From positions 1,024,001 to 1,088,000 of the forward strand of contig OY762926.1 in assembly GCA_963666735.1 (NCBI GenBank): 64,000 nt of DNA. The letters are read 5' to 3'. The notes beneath the pieces are model-generated. The model saw nothing but the letters and a program-made list of their open reading frames with translations, was not told where the DNA came from and made no database searches. Origin of the DNA: Gemmatimonadota bacterium. Its GTDB lineage: Bacteria > Gemmatimonadota > Gemmatimonadetes > Palauibacterales > Palauibacteraceae. The position numbers were made by a program, and so were the translations under genes. Below, piece after piece: positions 8,824 to 19,559 of this stretch. Within the stretch, counting starts at the first letter, position 1; each line of letters opens with the position of its first letter.

Positions 8824-10344
8824 ATGAGCCGCATGCCTGCAATCGCCAAGCCAGCGCCGACACGACCGCGGACGGGGGTCAAGCCCCCGGAGGAACTCGC
8901 CGTCGTGCATCTCGCCGCCGAGTACTGGCCGTACGCCCGCACCGGCGGCCTCGCGGAGGCGGTGCGCGGTATCGCCACTTTCCAGGCGGCCCAGGGCACC
9001 CCCGTCACGGTGTTCATGCCGCTCTACCGGTCGGTGCGTGAGGCCTTCCCGGACCTGGAGCCGATTGCGGACAGCTTCCACGTGCGCGCGGGCCGTCGGG
9101 TGGAGGAGGTCCGGATTCTCCAGCATCCCGGCCCGCGCCGGAACCCGCGGGTGCTCTTCGTCGATCATCCCGGGTGCTTCGACCGCGATGGGATCTACGG
9201 GGACGGCGGGGCGGATTACGAGGACAACCCGCTGCGCTTCGCGCTCTACAACCTCGCGGCGCTCCAGATTCTGCCGGAACTCGCCAACGTGCCCGTCGTC
9301 GTCCACGCGCACGACTGGCATGCGGCCCTCGCCCCCGTCTTCCTGCGCACGCGGTTCGCGGGACGCGAGGCGCATGACCGCATGGCGGCCGTCCTCTCCA
9401 TTCACAACGCCGGCTACCAGGGACTTCAGGGGCCCGAAACGCTCGAGGAAATCGGGCTGCCGCGCGAACTGTTTCACTGGCGCCGCATGGAGTTCTACGG
9501 CCACCTGAACCTGCTCAAGGGGGGGCTCGTGTTCGCCGACTACGCGACGACCGTGAGTCCCACGCACGCGCACGAGCTTCGCACGGCCACCGGCGGGTTC
9601 GGTCTCCACGGCTCGTTCATCGAGATGGGCGATCGCTTCCTGGGCATCCTGAACGGAGTCGATCTGGAAGTCTGGAATCCCGAGACGGACGAGGAGATCG
9701 CGGCCACGTTCTCGAGCGCGGACCTGACCGGGAAAGCCGCGTGCAAGCGGGCGCTGCAGCGGGAGTACTTCCTGGCCGAGGCGCCGCGCGAACCGCTGTA
9801 CGGGATGACCGCGCGGCTCGTCGGGCAGAAGGGGCTCGACCTGCTCATCGACGGCGGGCCCCTGGAGCGGGCCGAAGGCCAGTTCATCTTTCTCGGCCAG
9901 GGCGAGGACCGGTACGAAACGGCGCTGCGCGAGTTGGCCGGGCGGTATCCCGACCGGATCGCCGTGGATACCGAGTTCACCGAACCCAAGGAGCACCGGC
10001 TCCTGGCGGGCATCGACCTCCTCCTGATGCCGTCGCTCTACGAACCCTGCGGTCTCACGCAGATGCGGGCGCAGCTCTACGGCGTGCTTCCGGTCGCCCG
10101 CCGCGTCGGGGGGCTGGCCGACACCATCGAGGACCAGGTCACGGGCTTCCTCTTCGACGGATATACGTCGGAAGACCTCGAGATCGCGCTCGGGCGGGCC
10201 GCCGCGCTGTACGCCGGGAGCTCGGAGGCGTGGTGCGAGCATCTGGTTCAGGCGATGACCCGCGATTTCGGCTGGGCCGGGAGCGCGGCCCGCTACCTGG
10301 ACGTGTACCGGCGCGCGCTCGCCGCGCACGCTCCGGACGACTGA
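8824..10344 (+). CDS. glgA: Glycogen synthase (GT5)
   Basis: RTGGLAE, HAHDWH, IHNAGYQG, MPSLYEPCGLTQM, GGLADT. Confidence 0.93.
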   Translation: MSRMPAIAKPAPTRPRTGVKPPEELAVVHLAAEYWPYARTGGLAEAVRGIATFQAAQGTPVTVFMPLYRSVREAFPDLEPIADSFHVRAGRRVEEVRILQHPGPRRNPRVLFVDHPGCFDRDGIYGDGGADYEDNPLRFALYNLAALQILPELANVPVVVHAHDWHAALAPVFLRTRFAGREAHDRMAAVLSIHNAGYQGLQGPETLEEIGLPRELFHWRRMEFYGHLNLLKGGLVFADYATTVSPTHAHELRTATGGFGLHGSFIEMGDRFLGILNGVDLEVWNPETDEEIAATFSSADLTGKAACKRALQREYFLAEAPREPLYGMTARLVGQKGLDLLIDGGPLERAEGQFIFLGQGEDRYETALRELAGRYPDRIAVDTEFTEPKEHRLLAGIDLLLMPSLYEPCGLTQMRAQLYGVLPVARRVGGLADTIEDQVTGFLFDGYTSEDLEIALGRAAALYAGSSEAWCEHLVQAMTRDFGWAGSAARYLDVYRRALAAHAPDD

Positions 10345-10358
10345 ACCCGTCGTCGGCC

Positions 10359-11771
10359 GTGGATCGCGCCACGGTGGTCCTGCACGGTCATTTCTACCAG
10401 CCGCCGCGGGAGGACCCGTGGACGGACCGGATCCGCAGCGAGCCGAGCGCGGCCCCGTTCGGGAACTGGAACGAACGGATCACCGCGGAATGCTACGAAC
10501 CCCTGGCGCGGGCGGGGGCGTTCGAGTGGCTGAGCTTCGACCTCGGCCCGACGCTCGCGCGCTGGCTCGAGGGAGAGCGCCCGGACGTCCACGAGGGCTT
10601 CGTCCGCGGGGACCGGGCGAGCCGCGAACGGCTGGGCTACGGCAACGCGCTGGCCCAACCCTACCACCACATCATCCTCCCGCTCGCCTCCCGCCGCGAG
10701 AAGGAGACGGAGGTGCGCTGGGGGATGGCCGACTTCGAGCGGCGCTTCGGGCGGCGCGCCGACGGCATGTGGCTCCCGGAGACGGCGGTCGACACGGCCA
10801 CGCTCGAGGTGCTGGCGGCGGAGGGCGTGGCGTTCACGATCCTGGCCCCGCACCAGGTCGCGGACGTCCCGGACGGCGGGGCGGGGCGGGTCCGGCTCGG
10901 CGGGGGCCGCGAGATCGCGGTCTTCGTCTACGAGGGTGAACTCTCGCACGGCGTGGCGTTCGGGGCTCTGCTCGACGGTCGTGACGCGTGGTTCGAGGCG
11001 CTCCGTTCGGCTGCGGGCCGCGGGGCTTCCGTCGTCGCGCTGGCGGCGGATGGCGAGACGTTCGGACACCACCACCGGGGCGCCGACCGCACGCTCATGC
11101 GGGTGATCTCCCGCGCCCGCGAGAGCGGAGAAGTGGAGATCGGAAACTTCGCATCGGCGCTCGCCGGCGGCGGCGAACTGCCGTTCGTGACCCTGGAGGA
11201 GCCCACCTCCTGGAGTTGCGCGCACGGCGTGGAGCGCTGGCGCTCGGAGTGTGGGTGCCGGATGGCGCCTCACCTGGATTCGCGGCAGCATTGGCGGGCG
11301 CCGCTGCGCGAGGCGCTGGAGACGCTCGCCGCCGGCCTGGATGAGGCCTGCGCGACGCTCTCGCCCGGCCGGTTGGCGGAGCCCCGGCAGGCGCTGGCGA
11401 CGCTGGGAGGCGTCCTCGGCGACCCCTCCGGACTCGAGGACTTCGCCACCGAAGCCGCCCGCGAGGATTATGGGGACGAAGCCCGCTCCCTCCTTGAACT
11501 CGCCCGCGACCGGGCGGCGATGTTCACCTCGTGCGCATGGTTCTTCGACGATGTGGCGGGGATCGAGGCCACGCAGGTGCTCGGCTACGCGGCGCACGCC
11601 CTCGACCGCCTGCACGGGCTCGCGCCGGAGCTCGCGGAGGCGTTGGAGGCCGCCTTCGTCGCGGACCTCGCGAGGGCCCCGGCCAACGACGCCGACATTG
11701 GGAACGCGGCGGAGGTGTACGGGCGCGAGTTCAGGTCGGGTGCCGACGTCCGGGTCCCGGCGGACGCGTGA
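10359..11771 (+). CDS. GH57 family / DUF3536 glycoside hydrolase
   Basis: HGHFYQPPREDPW, GMWLPETAVD, DGETFGHH, SWSCAHGVERW, MFTSCAWFFDD. Confidence 0.85.
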   Translation: MDRATVVLHGHFYQPPREDPWTDRIRSEPSAAPFGNWNERITAECYEPLARAGAFEWLSFDLGPTLARWLEGERPDVHEGFVRGDRASRERLGYGNALAQPYHHIILPLASRREKETEVRWGMADFERRFGRRADGMWLPETAVDTATLEVLAAEGVAFTILAPHQVADVPDGGAGRVRLGGGREIAVFVYEGELSHGVAFGALLDGRDAWFEALRSAAGRGASVVALAADGETFGHHHRGADRTLMRVISRARESGEVEIGNFASALAGGGELPFVTLEEPTSWSCAHGVERWRSECGCRMAPHLDSRQHWRAPLREALETLAAGLDEACATLSPGRLAEPRQALATLGGVLGDPSGLEDFATEAAREDYGDEARSLLELARDRAAMFTSCAWFFDDVAGIEATQVLGYAAHALDRLHGLAPELAEALEAAFVADLARAPANDADIGNAAEVYGREFRSGADVRVPADA

Positions 11772-13753
11772 GTCGAGACGCGCTGCGCTTCGCGTTCGCG
11801 ATCCACCTTCACCAGCCGGTGGGGAACTTCGGCCATGTGTTCGAGGACCACCTGACGGGGGTGTACCGGCCCCTCCTCGATGCCCTCCATGCACACGGCA
11901 CATATCCGATCTCGCTGCACCTCTCCGGCCCGCTCCTCGACTGGCTCGAGGACGGCGCACCGGAGTTTCTCGATGACCTCGGGGCGCGGGCGGCGCACGG
12001 CCAAATCGAGTTCCTCGCCTCCGGACGCTACGAGCCCATCCTCGCCGCGCTCCCGGCGGAGGACCGAGTGGAACAGGTCGAGTGGATGCGGGCGGACCTC
12101 CGCAGCCGGTTCGGGGGCGAGGCCAACGGCCTGTGGCTCACGGAACGCGTGTGGGAACCCGACCTCGCCGCCGATCTGGCGCGGGCGGGAATCGAATACA
12201 CTCTCCTCGACGACCGTCATTTCCTCACCTGCGGACTTGAGCGCGAGGAACTCGACGGCGTCTTCACGACGGAGAGCGGCGGGGGGCGGCTCCGCCTTCT
12301 TCCGATCGACGAGCGGCTCCGGTACCTGATCCCGTTCCGGCCCGCGAACGAGATCGCGGACTTCTTCGCCGGGCTGCGGCACGGCGGGCAGCGCCAGGTC
12401 GTGCTCGGCGACGATGGCGAGAAGTTCGGCGGCTGGCCGGACACCCGCGACTGGGTGTACGGCGGCTGGCTGGACGCGTTCCTCGAGGCGCTGAACGCGG
12501 GCCGCGAACGGGGCGAACTGGAGCTGGTCACGACGCGCGAGGCGGCCTCCGGTCCGAGCGTCGGGCTCGTCTATCCCGCGACGGGTGCGTACCGCGAGAT
12601 GGAGGAATGGACGCTTCCCCGCCCCGCCGCGCGGCGCCTGGCGCGGCTCGTCGCCACGACATCCGACGGTGGAGGCGTCGACCCGCTGATCCGGGGCGGA
12701 CACTGGAAGGGGTTCCTGCGTCGATACCCCGAGTCGAACCGCATGCACAAGATGGCGCTCCGCCTCTCCGCGCTGTGCCGGGATCGCGGCGGGCCGCCCG
12801 AGGCCCGGCGCGCCATCGCGCGGGCGCAGTGCAACGACGCGTATTGGCATGGCGTGTTCGGCGGGGTCTACCTTCCACACCTGCGGCAGGCGATCTGGCG
12901 CGAACTCGCCGCCGCCGAACAGAGGTTGCGCGAGGAAGAAGGCATCGCTTGCGAGATTCTCGACTTCGACCTGGACGGCCATGACGAGATCTGGATCCAT
13001 TCAGCCCGGAGTTCCGTCGTGGTCAGCCCCGCCCGCGGCGGCGCGATCGAGATTCTCACGATCTTCCGGGACGGCGTGAACTACGTCGACGTCCTCTCCC
13101 GCCGCCTCGAGGCCTACCACCGGGACCCCTCGGAATCCGGCGTGAGGCGCGAGGGAGCCGGAGCCGTGCCCCGTGGGGCGCGCACCCGGAGCGATGGCGT
13201 CGCGTCGGTCCACGACCGGGCATCCGAAGCCCCGGTCGCGCCCGCACCGGACGGCATCCCGCTGGCCTTGCTGCAGGAGATCGCCGTCGCGCCACCGAAC
13301 GGCCCGGGGACGCGGGAACGGTCCGTCATCGCGAATTGGCGGCCGCACCCGTTTCGACTCGTGAGGGAACCTGCCGCCGAGGCCGGCCGAATCCGTTTTC
13401 ACCTGCGGTCCGAAGACGGTTTTCCCCGCCTCGACAAGGAACTCGAAATCCACGACGATGGCCGGATCGAGGCGACACTCGACTGGAGCGCGGCCGACCT
13501 CCCCGCCGACAGCGTGGTCGTCACCCGGCTGCCGCTCGCACACCCGATGCGGGTCGAGCCGGGGGCAACCGAGGGCCCGTGTGCGCCGCGGGAATCGCGG
13601 ACGCGGATCGTCACGCTGGCTCGGTCCGAACGAGGCTTCGAGGAAGTCGACCAGGGAGAACTCATCGAACTCGCGTTCCCGGCATCGGCGGGAAGGGCGC
13701 GCGTCAGCCTGACGCCCGAAGTCGGCCCCGGCACCGCCGCAGGTCCGGAATGA
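11768..13753 (+). CDS. GH57 alpha-amylase / 4-alpha-glucanotransferase
   Basis: HLHQPVGNF, GLWLTERVWEP, DDGEKFGGWP, AQCNDAYWHGVFGG; GTGA overlap. Confidence 0.9.
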   Translation: MSRDALRFAFAIHLHQPVGNFGHVFEDHLTGVYRPLLDALHAHGTYPISLHLSGPLLDWLEDGAPEFLDDLGARAAHGQIEFLASGRYEPILAALPAEDRVEQVEWMRADLRSRFGGEANGLWLTERVWEPDLAADLARAGIEYTLLDDRHFLTCGLEREELDGVFTTESGGGRLRLLPIDERLRYLIPFRPANEIADFFAGLRHGGQRQVVLGDDGEKFGGWPDTRDWVYGGWLDAFLEALNAGRERGELELVTTREAASGPSVGLVYPATGAYREMEEWTLPRPAARRLARLVATTSDGGGVDPLIRGGHWKGFLRRYPESNRMHKMALRLSALCRDRGGPPEARRAIARAQCNDAYWHGVFGGVYLPHLRQAIWRELAAAEQRLREEEGIACEILDFDLDGHDEIWIHSARSSVVVSPARGGAIEILTIFRDGVNYVDVLSRRLEAYHRDPSESGVRREGAGAVPRGARTRSDGVASVHDRASEAPVAPAPDGIPLALLQEIAVAPPNGPGTRERSVIANWRPHPFRLVREPAAEAGRIRFHLRSEDGFPRLDKELEIHDDGRIEATLDWSAADLPADSVVVTRLPLAHPMRVEPGATEGPCAPRESRTRIVTLARSERGFEEVDQGELIELAFPASAGRARVSLTPEVGPGTAAGPE

Positions 13754-15156
13754 GCCGAGCGCGACGGCTCGATCCGCGGTGGTTCGTTTCTCCGGCCGTC
13801 TTTCTCGCCGTCACGGCCGTCGCGTGCGGAGAAGCCGATCCCGCCGATCCCGGCGGGCCCACCGAGACCGGACCGGCGTCGATCGTCGTTCTCACGGGCG
13901 CGGATCAGCGCGGCGTTCCGGCGCGCGCGCCAGCCGAAGCCGTCACGGTTCGGGTGCTCGACGCCGACGGACGTCCCGTCGCCGGAAGCTCCGTCGCCTT
14001 CCGGCCCGAGCCCGGCCACGGAAGCACGGATCCGGCTTCGACCGTCGCGGAGGCCAACGGGGAGGCGGCGACGACGTGGACGCTCGGGGCCACTCCCGGC
14101 GCCCAGCGCCTCGCGGTCTCGGCCGGCCGGGCCGAGGCCACCGTTCGCGCCGAGGCGATCGATCTCGATGCCGAACTCGATGCGCTGTTCGCGCCCGCCT
14201 CGGCGGCGGAGGTGGACGCCGTGCGGGCCGACTGGGCCCAGCGCAATGTTTCCGCGGCGGGGGTCGAGGTCGAACTGACCGAGGAGCTGGCGTTCGGGGA
14301 GTCGACGGCCACGCTGCGGATCGTCTCCCACGTCGTGGCGGGCTCCCGCCACTTCGGCGCCATCATCGTGCCGGACGGCGCGGCCCCCGAGACCCTGCCC
14401 CTGCTGATGTACTCCCACGGGGGCGACGGCGGGGTATCGGTCGACGACATCGACATCGTGACGCTGGCGCTGGGAGAGCTGAGCCACCGCTTCGTCTACG
14501 CGATTCCCTCGTTCCGTAGCGAGCCACTCCGCTACGAGGGCCGGAGCTGGGTGTCGGAGGGCCCCTCGAGTCACTGGGATTACGATGTCGATGACGCGCT
14601 CGCGCTCGCGAACGTCGTGTTCGAGACGACGCCGGAGGTCCGGCCCGACGCGATTCACATTCTCGGCGGCAGCCGCGGGGCCGGGGTCGCGCTGCTCGCG
14701 GGAGCCCGCGACGAGCGGGTGGACCGCATCGTGGCGTTCTTCGGACCGACGGACTTCTTCGACGAATGGATCCGGGTCATCGCGTGGAAGACCGCGCTCG
14801 ACGGCCCATGGGACCTGCCCGGTCTCATCCACCTCGACTCCACCGTCGTGCAGCCGCTGGTCCGGGGCACGCTGTCCACGCCCGAGGCGCGCCTCGCACT
14901 CGTGCGCCGGTCGTCCGTCCTCTTTGCCGCCGGTCTCCCCACCGTCCAGGTGCACCACGGCACGGAGGACTTCGTCGTACCCGTGAGCCAGGCGGAATCG
15001 CTGATGCGAACGATGGCGGCTCTCGGCCGCACCTCTCCCGGCTTCGAGGCGTTCATCTACGAGGGAGGCGGGCACGACTTCCCTTCTCTGGCCGGAGCCA
15101 TCCCCCGCGCGGCCGAGTTCATGTCGCAGGCACTGCAGCCGAAAGGAAACCGCTGA
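13750..15156 (+). CDS. Lipoprotein with Ig-like domain and alpha/beta hydrolase (S9-like) domain
   Basis: Lipobox AVAC, Ig-like VTVRVLDADGRPV, GGSRGA, HGTED, GGGH. Confidence 0.75.
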   Translation: MSRARRLDPRWFVSPAVFLAVTAVACGEADPADPGGPTETGPASIVVLTGADQRGVPARAPAEAVTVRVLDADGRPVAGSSVAFRPEPGHGSTDPASTVAEANGEAATTWTLGATPGAQRLAVSAGRAEATVRAEAIDLDAELDALFAPASAAEVDAVRADWAQRNVSAAGVEVELTEELAFGESTATLRIVSHVVAGSRHFGAIIVPDGAAPETLPLLMYSHGGDGGVSVDDIDIVTLALGELSHRFVYAIPSFRSEPLRYEGRSWVSEGPSSHWDYDVDDALALANVVFETTPEVRPDAIHILGGSRGAGVALLAGARDERVDRIVAFFGPTDFFDEWIRVIAWKTALDGPWDLPGLIHLDSTVVQPLVRGTLSTPEARLALVRRSSVLFAAGLPTVQVHHGTEDFVVPVSQAESLMRTMAALGRTSPGFEAFIYEGGGHDFPSLAGAIPRAAEFMSQALQPKGNR

Positions 15157-15158
15157 GG

Positions 15159-15656
15159 ATGAGGACCCGTATCGCCCACACGACCGAGATCTTCGAAGCC
15201 GCGCGCAGACCCCTGTTCACCGTGCTCGACGGAATCTCGCGCGAGGATCTCGACTGGCAGCCCGCGGACGGGATGCGCGGGATCGGGAAGATCTGCCGCC
15301 ACATGTACCGCGTGGACGTCTGGTTCCTGAAGCAACTCGGCATCACGCCCGTGATCGAAGACGATGCTCCGGGGTCGGCGGAGGAGATCGCCGCCCGCAT
15401 GCGGACGATCCAGGAACAGATCCTCGCCGAGGTGGCCGCGCTGGAGAGCGACGCGGATCTCGTCGCCGAGCGCACATCTCCGGACGGAAGGATGACCTTG
15501 AGGCTGGGGGCGACCGTCGTCCATATCGCGCAGCATTATCTCTACCACCTGGCCCAAATCACGTACCTGCGCCGCATCCGCGACCGGGAGTGGTCCGCGC
15601 CGCTGGACGAATGGGAGACCGCAACCCACATCATCGAGGACAGGATTCTGGAATAG
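15159..15656 (+). CDS. DinB family protein
   Basis: LDWQP...IGKICRHM and HIAQHYLYHLAQI histidine pattern. Confidence 0.75.
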   Translation: MRTRIAHTTEIFEAARRPLFTVLDGISREDLDWQPADGMRGIGKICRHMYRVDVWFLKQLGITPVIEDDAPGSAEEIAARMRTIQEQILAEVAALESDADLVAERTSPDGRMTLRLGATVVHIAQHYLYHLAQITYLRRIRDREWSAPLDEWETATHIIEDRILE

Positions 15657-15708
15657 CCGGGACCCTATCCGCCGACTCCGACCACCGACTCCGAACGGGG
15701 AGGCCGGG

Positions 15709-16614
15709 ATGTCCGACATGCCACAGAGGCCCATGGGGTTCGGGGAGATACTGGACGGCGCCATCCAGTTCTACCGGCGCGACTTCGGACTCTACTTCCT
15801 CATCGCCCTCGTGGGCGCCCTCCCCGGGTACGCGATGCTGCTCGCCCTCGGGACGCCCGGTACGGGCCTCGACCCCTCGGGCACGCCGGCGGTCGGCGAG
15901 CTCGGATTCGACATCGCGATCCTGCTTCCGGCAACGGCCCTTTCATGGGTGGGAACGCTCGCGGTCGCCGTTGCCATGCGTACCCGGATCGCGGGACGTG
16001 CGGCCTCGCTGGAGGGCGCGTACCGCGGAGCGCTCCATCCATTTCCGAGCGCGGCCGGAGGGCACCTGCTCGCCCTGCTGATCGCGGGCATCGTGGGCGG
16101 ACTCGTCATGATCCCGGTCGTGGTCGCGACCGCCTCCGCGTTCGCGGTTCTTGGCGATCTCGTCGTGGCGATGACCATCTTCGGACTCACGAGCCTCCTG
16201 GGCGCGCTCGTCGTAGCGGGCCTCTGGTTCTGTACCTCGTTCGCGATCTTTCCGGCCGTGCTCCTGGAGGGGCGGACCGCTGCGGAGGCCGTGCGCCGCT
16301 CGCTTAGACTCGGCAAGGGGGCCCGGCTCCGGATCGTCGGGGTCATGCTGGTCGCCACCATCATCCGCGAAGGTCCCTCCTTCGGCCTTTTTGCGCTCTT
16401 CGGAGGTTTCGAGATGTTCACGTCGCCCACGACCGCGGGCACGCTGAGTCCCGGTCTCCAGGCGGTGCAGAACACCCTGAACCTGTTGATCGGGTCGTTC
16501 ACCAAACCCTTCCTCGTGGCGACGGTGTTCTTCCTCTATCATGATCGGCGAGTGCGTCTGGAAGCTGCGGACCTGGAAACCGCCGCGATGGCGATGGCGA
16601 CGGACGGACGATGA
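15709..16614 (+). CDS. Integral membrane protein of MoxR-associated module
   Basis: RPMGFGEILDG start, multiple TM helices, YHDRRVRLEAADL end. Confidence 0.7.
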   Translation: MSDMPQRPMGFGEILDGAIQFYRRDFGLYFLIALVGALPGYAMLLALGTPGTGLDPSGTPAVGELGFDIAILLPATALSWVGTLAVAVAMRTRIAGRAASLEGAYRGALHPFPSAAGGHLLALLIAGIVGGLVMIPVVVATASAFAVLGDLVVAMTIFGLTSLLGALVVAGLWFCTSFAIFPAVLLEGRTAAEAVRRSLRLGKGARLRIVGVMLVATIIREGPSFGLFALFGGFEMFTSPTTAGTLSPGLQAVQNTLNLLIGSFTKPFLVATVFFLYHDRRVRLEAADLETAAMAMATDGR

Positions 16615-17342
16615 CCCGATTCCCCGACCCTGCGCCTTACCCGGTTGGGCAGGAGTCATCCCCCGCCGCCGGCGCGCTTCCTCCGCCGGGCGAGATGACC
16701 GAGGCGCTGCGGGAGATCGTCGCCGGACCGGACTTCGCTTTCGCGCCCCTCTCCCCGCGGCAGCGGATCATCGAGTGGATCGGCAACACGCTCTCGAATG
16801 CATGGGATTGGCTGCGCCGATTCTTGTTCGACGAGGGAGGCGGGCTCATGGAGGTGCTGGCCGTCCTCGTCGTCCTGGCCGCGCTCGTCGCGTTGGGGGC
16901 GGTGGCCCTGCGTCATGGGCCGCAGTGGGCGCGCAGCGTGCGGGAGAGGGATGATGAGGATCCGGCGGGCGACCGCCCGCCCACCTCGGCGGGGGAATGG
17001 TTCGGCCTTGCCCGGACGCGCGCGGGCGAAGGCGAGTTGCGGCCCGCGGCGAGCGCGCTCTACCAGGGCTTTCTCCTGACGCTCGATGAGAAGGGCACCG
17101 TCGCGTTCCACCCGTCGAAGACGCCCGGGGATTACGCCCTCGAGCTGGAAACCGGCGCCGGCCGCAGCTTCATCCGGGACTTCCAGGGCCTTTCCTTCGG
17201 CCAGGAGACGCCCACTCCCGCCGGCTATGCGGCCCTGGAGGACCTGGCCCGGGACTCGGGCTGCGCGACGTCCGCGCCGAGGTCCGCGTCGAGGCCCGCA
17301 TCGAGCGAGGCGCGGAACCCATCGTGGCGGGACCCATCGTGA
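16611..17342 (+). CDS. DUF4129 domain membrane protein
   Basis: TM segment, ALYQGFLLTL...HPSKTPGDY, operon context. Confidence 0.65.
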   Translation: MTRFPDPAPYPVGQESSPAAGALPPPGEMTEALREIVAGPDFAFAPLSPRQRIIEWIGNTLSNAWDWLRRFLFDEGGGLMEVLAVLVVLAALVALGAVALRHGPQWARSVRERDDEDPAGDRPPTSAGEWFGLARTRAGEGELRPAASALYQGFLLTLDEKGTVAFHPSKTPGDYALELETGAGRSFIRDFQGLSFGQETPTPAGYAALEDLARDSGCATSAPRSASRPASSEARNPSWRDPS

Positions 17343-18604
17343 GCGGGCCCGGCAGGTTCAGGACGTTCGCGTGGGTCGGCGCGGTCGCGCTGGGAGCGGG
17401 ACTCGCCGCGTACCTCGCGCGGCCGGCGGGACGCGCGGCACTCGACGTGAAGCGAAGTTCCTTCCGGACGACGCCGGACGGGGTGGCCGCGTTCGCCCGC
17501 GGACTCGAACGATTCGGGCGCCCGACGGCACCCCGCCTCACGCCCCTGGCCGACGCCGATCCGGTCCCCGGTGCGCTCGTGCTCCTCTCGCCCGCCGTCG
17601 TCGCGAGCCCCGTCGAGGTACACGCCATCCTGGAGCGAGTCCGCGGCGGGGGCACTCTCGTGTACGCGCCGCGGCTGTTTCCGGCCATCTCCACCTCGTT
17701 GAGGATCACGCCGCTGATGGATTCCCTGGGCATCGCGTTCCGCGTGCCCCGGCCGGGCGACCTGGAACAGCCGGAGTGGGTCGCCCACTCGCTGACCGAC
17801 AACCTGCCGGCGCCGACGCATCCGCGCCGTGCGCTTCGGCGGATGACGGGACGCGAACTCGGCGGACGACGGGACGACGAACAGAGCGAGCGCGACCCTC
17901 CGGAGGAGACGGGCACGCGGCCCCTCCCTGCCCTGCAGAGGCTGCTCACGACAGGGAACAACGAGGACCGGAGGTGGACCGGCGCCGGCCTCATGACCTT
18001 CGGAGAGGGGCGGATCATCGTCCTCGCCGATGCCGAGCCGCTCTCGAACGGTCGCATCGCCGACGACCCTCTGACGCTCGTCGTCATGCGGGCCGCACTC
18101 ACGTACACGACGCCCGCCGACACGATCTTCTTCGCCGAGTTCCACCAGGGCATCCGTGGCTATGAGAGCACGGCGAGGCGGTGGGCGGGTTTCGTCTTCG
18201 GCACGGCTCGGGGGCGAACGCTCTTCCAACTCCTCCTCGCCGCGTTCCTCGCACTCGCGTGCGCGGGGCTGCGCTTCGGCGCTCCGACGACGGCCGCGGC
18301 TCCTCCGGACCGCGAACGGAGATCGCCCCTCGAACACGTCTCCGCCCTCGGCGACCTGTACGAGAAGGCGCGTGCCAGGCGGACGGCCGCCCTCCTCCTC
18401 GTGGCGCGGCTGGCCCGCAGCGTTCGGCGCCCTCCGCCGAGGGACGTCGCCGAGGCCCGGGCTCTGATCCGTGAGCTGGAAACCCGCCGGGGGAAGCAGC
18501 CCGCGCTGGCCCGCATCCGCCGCGGCTTGCGCGCCGATCCGGTGGACCTGACGATGGTCGCCGCCGGAATCGACGACCACCTCGGAGGAAGGGCGGAGTC
18601 ATGA
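17339..18604 (+). CDS. DUF4350 domain protein
   Basis: [35 protein letters not shown]...[10 protein letters not shown]; alternative start 17324. Confidence 0.7.
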   Translation: MSGPGRFRTFAWVGAVALGAGLAAYLARPAGRAALDVKRSSFRTTPDGVAAFARGLERFGRPTAPRLTPLADADPVPGALVLLSPAVVASPVEVHAILERVRGGGTLVYAPRLFPAISTSLRITPLMDSLGIAFRVPRPGDLEQPEWVAHSLTDNLPAPTHPRRALRRMTGRELGGRRDDEQSERDPPEETGTRPLPALQRLLTTGNNEDRRWTGAGLMTFGEGRIIVLADAEPLSNGRIADDPLTLVVMRAALTYTTPADTIFFAEFHQGIRGYESTARRWAGFVFGTARGRTLFQLLLAAFLALACAGLRFGAPTTAAAPPDRERRSPLEHVSALGDLYEKARARRTAALLLVARLARSVRRPPPRDVAEARALIRELETRRGKQPALARIRRGLRADPVDLTMVAAGIDDHLGGRAES

Positions 18605-19548
18605 CGACGCACGATGCGGCGCTGCGTCTGCTGGGCGACATCGAGAAGGTGATCCTGGGCCAGGAAACCGTCCTCAGACAGCTCATGATCACGCTCCTCG
18701 CTCGTGGCCATGCGCTCCTCGAGGGCGTGCCGGGGACGGCCAAGACGCTTTCCGTGCGGGCACTCGCCCGCGGGCTGGGGCTCGACTTCGGACGCGTCCA
18801 GTTCACACCCGATCTCATGCCCACGGATCTCGTCGGCGTGAGCGTGCTGGACGAGACGCAGCGGAACTTCCGCTACCGGCCGGGTCCCGTGTTCACCGAC
18901 CTCCTCCTTGCCGACGAGATCAACCGCGCGCCGCCCAAGACCCAGGCGGCGCTGCTCGAAGCGTTGGAGGAGCGCCAGGTCACCGTCGACGGCGCCACGC
19001 GCGCCCTGCCCGCGCCGTTCACGGTCTTCGCGACCCAGAACCCGGTCGAGTACGAAGGGACCTATCCGCTGCCCGAAGCGCAGGTCGACCGCTTCCTGAT
19101 GAAGATCGTGATCGACTATCCGCCGGAGGAAGCGGAGCGGGCGATCCTCGACCGCCATGAGGCGGGGTTCCGGGCGGACGATGAGACCACGTACTCGATG
19201 GGCGAACCGCTGACGCGCGAGGCGCTCCTCGAGGCGCGCGACGCGGTGGACGGCGTGCACATGGACGAGAGGGTGCGGCGCTACGTGACCGGGATCGTGC
19301 GCGCGACGCGGGACGACCAGGCGTTCGTGCTGGGGGCGAGTCCCCGCGCGGGCGTGGCCCTCTTCCAGGCCGCGAGGGCCGAAGCGTTTCTGCACGGCCG
19401 GGACTTCGTCACGCCGGATGATGTGAAGTCGCTCTCGTTCCCCGTGCTTCGGCATCGCGTCGTATTGACCGCCGAGGCGGAGGTCGAGGGACGCTCTTCC
19501 GATGATGAACTGCGGGCGCTCATCGAGACGCTGGAGGCGCCCCGATAG
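18601..19548 (+). CDS. moxR: MoxR family AAA+ ATPase
   Basis: [50 protein letters not shown]. Confidence 0.95.
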   Translation: MTTHDAALRLLGDIEKVILGQETVLRQLMITLLARGHALLEGVPGTAKTLSVRALARGLGLDFGRVQFTPDLMPTDLVGVSVLDETQRNFRYRPGPVFTDLLLADEINRAPPKTQAALLEALEERQVTVDGATRALPAPFTVFATQNPVEYEGTYPLPEAQVDRFLMKIVIDYPPEEAERAILDRHEAGFRADDETTYSMGEPLTREALLEARDAVDGVHMDERVRRYVTGIVRATRDDQAFVLGASPRAGVALFQAARAEAFLHGRDFVTPDDVKSLSFPVLRHRVVLTAEAEVEGRSSDDELRALIETLEAPR

Positions 19549-19559
19549 TCCGCATCGCG

